64,000 nt of DNA from Squalus acanthias (taxonomy: Eukaryota), in the NCBI GenBank assembly GCA_030390025.1, contig CM059432.1, forward strand, positions 114,702,001 to 114,766,000, in the 5' to 3' direction. Every line of letters starts with the position of its first letter. Position 1 is the first letter of the stretch. The position numbers and the translations under genes were made by a program. Of the stretch, positions 61,549-64,000 are shown piece by piece. The notes under the pieces are model-generated. The model was not told the DNA's origin. It searched no databases and saw nothing but the letters and a program-made list of their open reading frames with translations.

Positions 61549-63692
61549 GAAAATTGCGGGCCGGCCAGAAAAGCAGGGGGATTCTGATCGCAAAGATTGC
61601 GGGCTGGGGAGCGGCCAGAAAAGCGGGGGAGGGGATCGGATTGCAAAGATCGCGGGCAGGAGGAGCACGGGGTGGAGGAGTGGGGTGGAGGCCTTGTGGG
61701 GGAAATCGGAGGCCGGGGGAGGAGGAGAGGCCTCGTGGGGGGGTGGAATTAGAGGCCCGGGGGGGTGATCAGAGGCCGAGGGTGGGGGGATTCGGAGGCC
61801 TGGGGATGGGCTGAAACGGAGGCCTCGTTGTGGGGGGCGGGGGGGAGGTGTCTCCAAACGTGGGGGTGGATGAGGCAGGGACCCTGGATCCAAGAGGTAA
61901 GTGTTAAGGCTTTTACCTCCTGGATCCAGCAGTCCTCACCTTGCATTAGCTGGCAGGTTTCATGAGGCGTGCAAAACCCAACCAGCTAAAGTTATATCCA
62001 AAATGGAGGTTAAAGCAGAGGCTTCCAGCCTCATTACAATATTTAAATAGATGACCCGCCTCCTAGCAGGTTGGCTGCCTGCCCCCATCCCGCCTCCCAT
62101 CTGCCTCCGTTAAAACCGGAAGTGGGCGGGTTGGAGTCAGGATTCCGATTTTTAACACTTTAACTTCCCACCCGACCCAAACCCACCCGTTTTTTTAGGT
62201 TAAAATTCCCCCCAAGGTTTCTAAACTGGCCTTACTGCATCTGGATTAGATCAAGCAAAAGTGATAACTATCCCTCTCTAGACCACTAATCAGTAGCCAG
62301 TGCTGAATGGTACATGTGCCGACTTGGTTCGAGTCAAGGATCTGCCTTGGGTGTGAATGTCTCCTTGGTTAAATAGCCTTCCTCATTGCTTGGGCCCTCA
62401 CATTTTTACAATGGCCACTTGGTCATGGTACTGGAGGGCTACTGGTATCAGTGGCATCGCACTCCAGCAGGGGAGTGGAGAGATTGGTAGGAAAAACAAG
62501 AAATCAAACAAAAACATTAGAAATTCAAATCAAAAATAAATTACAGCACCTCACTATCACAAGAATGGAGGTAAACCATATTTAGGAATGGGTATGTGAC
62601 AGATTGCTTTATTCAACATTTTCTATTTATTGTACGTGCAGAATAAATGTAAACAAACTGGAATGAAGAATTCAGGCAACAGCAGCAAAACAGTTTATTT
62701 TCTCAACCTGCTGACATTGTGCACTAAGGTTTGGGTGAACTCAGCACCGCTCAGGAGCCAGGAATCAGCAGAGAAACATCTCGTCAGCATAATCTCTCCT
62801 GACTCACCCCATTCCCCGGGCTTCTAAGTGGATTTCAGCAGATTACATAAGTGATTATTTCAACAGATCACAATGTATGAAGAGAGCTGTCAGAGCCAGG
62901 TTTGCACACAGAGCAAAGCAAAGCATATTCAGTATTAATTATTTGTTTTAAATAACTTTGTTATCTAATTATTGTATTTGTGGTGTGACCTGTATTGTCT
63001 TGGAGCTAGTTACACTTTTTTTTAATTGAAGCTTGTCTGTATCAAGGTGAAGAATAACAGTGTTGCGAAATGGGGCACTTGCTGCTTTATTTCCAGTGTC
63101 GGTATGAGGCACATCATCATAAACACTTGCATTTCATGTGATTTGTGGAAGCTTTTTCAATACTTGGAACTCGTGGAAAATTTAAGCATAGCATTCCAAA
63201 AAAAACTATAAAGACAGTATGGTGGCACAGACCTGAAATTCCTCACTCCACTATTTCAGTGAAGGTCTTAACCCACTTAAAATAAATGAAATAACGCCTT
63301 CTTAAAATTGCAGGGGTGAATGTGTTAAATGTCCACTCTCTTGTAATTTCAGGATCTAAGTGGAGGCAAAGCACTTGCCAAGTGGGGAAAAGGAACATTG
63401 GAGAATTCTCCCATTCCCCTGCATCTCAGCTGCAGAGTGGCATAGACTTCAGTGGCGATTCCTCAACCTGATGCTCCTAGCAGGGAGTGGCGCTCACAGC
63501 AGTGTATCTTAGCCCCGATTTCCTGAGATATGCTTCCTGTGAGTGCTGCTCCCTGCTGGAAGTGCAAGTTGCTGGAATCATCCCTATAGACACTAGCCTG
63601 TCCTGTCAGCTGGAGAATCGATTGTGGTTCAGTAGGTGGGGATGGTGTGAGAGAAGGGAAACAAACTAAAGAAGAAAAAGTAAAATGGAAAG

Positions 63693-63857
63693 GCCCTGAA
63701 ATTCCATGGGGGTTCTTCAATCTCCTGCCATTACTTCATGGAAAGATCAGCGGAAACTCCAGAAGGTGACGATTTACATCTTTTCTCTGGGGGTTCCACC
63801 AGTCTGCTCCGAAGTTACGGTGGAAAACCAGGAGAACCACTGTGAAATTTGCAGGCC
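63693..63857. mobile_element. Short MITE
   Basis: Ends ggccctgaaattcc / gaaatttgcaggcc. The same left end occurs at 54477. Confidence 0.5.
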
Positions 63858-64000
63858 ATAATCTTTAGGGATCATCTGAGAAGTTCTCAATCCTATCTCA
63901 AATGTAAGGCATTTAATATATGTTTAGATTCCTCCCACACCTAAATTGCAAGGTTTGATTCCACATTGAATATCTCCACTAGAAATTGTGCAACCAAGCA

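Larger units (their letters stand above)
58797..62213. mobile_element. G-rich MITE of the 44008 family, split by a WDR82 cDNA fragment and a CR1
   Basis: 58860-58975 matches 44060-44180 and 61550-62213 matches 44420-44890. The right end ggttaaaattcccccc is identical. Confidence 0.8.

Noticed and set aside
62708..62790. Minus-strand mini ORF MLTRCFSADSWLLSGAEFTQTLVHNVS ending at AG|gttgag, as an alternative first exon
   Set aside because: The donor is weak, its phase 2 does not fit the phase 0 acceptor at 41498, and it does not resemble any RIM N-terminus I know.
41499..64000. Expected upstream RIMS2 exon (HPVTWQPSKDGDRLIGRILLNKR...LGLK)
   Set aside because: Not found by eye. It probably lies beyond the window, though I may have missed it; tBLASTn would settle this.

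Overview
Eukaryotic genomic DNA, most likely from a cartilaginous fish (shark/ray), judged from the repeat families: CR1/HER1-type LINEs with short 7-8 bp tandem tails, a Deu-domain SINE and a Penelope element. The window lies inside RIMS2 (RIM2, presynaptic active-zone scaffold) on the minus strand. I found seven coding exons with GT-AG junctions and mutually consistent phases, covering most of the PDZ domain, the linker, a 48-nt cassette exon and most of C2A. The introns are packed with transposons. These include many CR1 and L2 LINE fragments, one CR1 with a stop-free ~635-codon ORF2 segment, and two decayed two-gene PIF/Harbinger elements nested one inside the other. There are also a dozen Harbinger-like MITEs with 3-bp TSDs, a ~900-bp candidate solo LTR, a Penelope element with a degenerate hammerhead ribozyme, and a spliced WDR82 cDNA fragment trapped inside a MITE. 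I see no convincing wholly new biological system. The best leads are the Harbinger family with non-canonical target sites, the WDR82 fragment, the solo LTR and a 29-bp templated insertion. Family names come from recalled protein and repeat motifs, not database searches.
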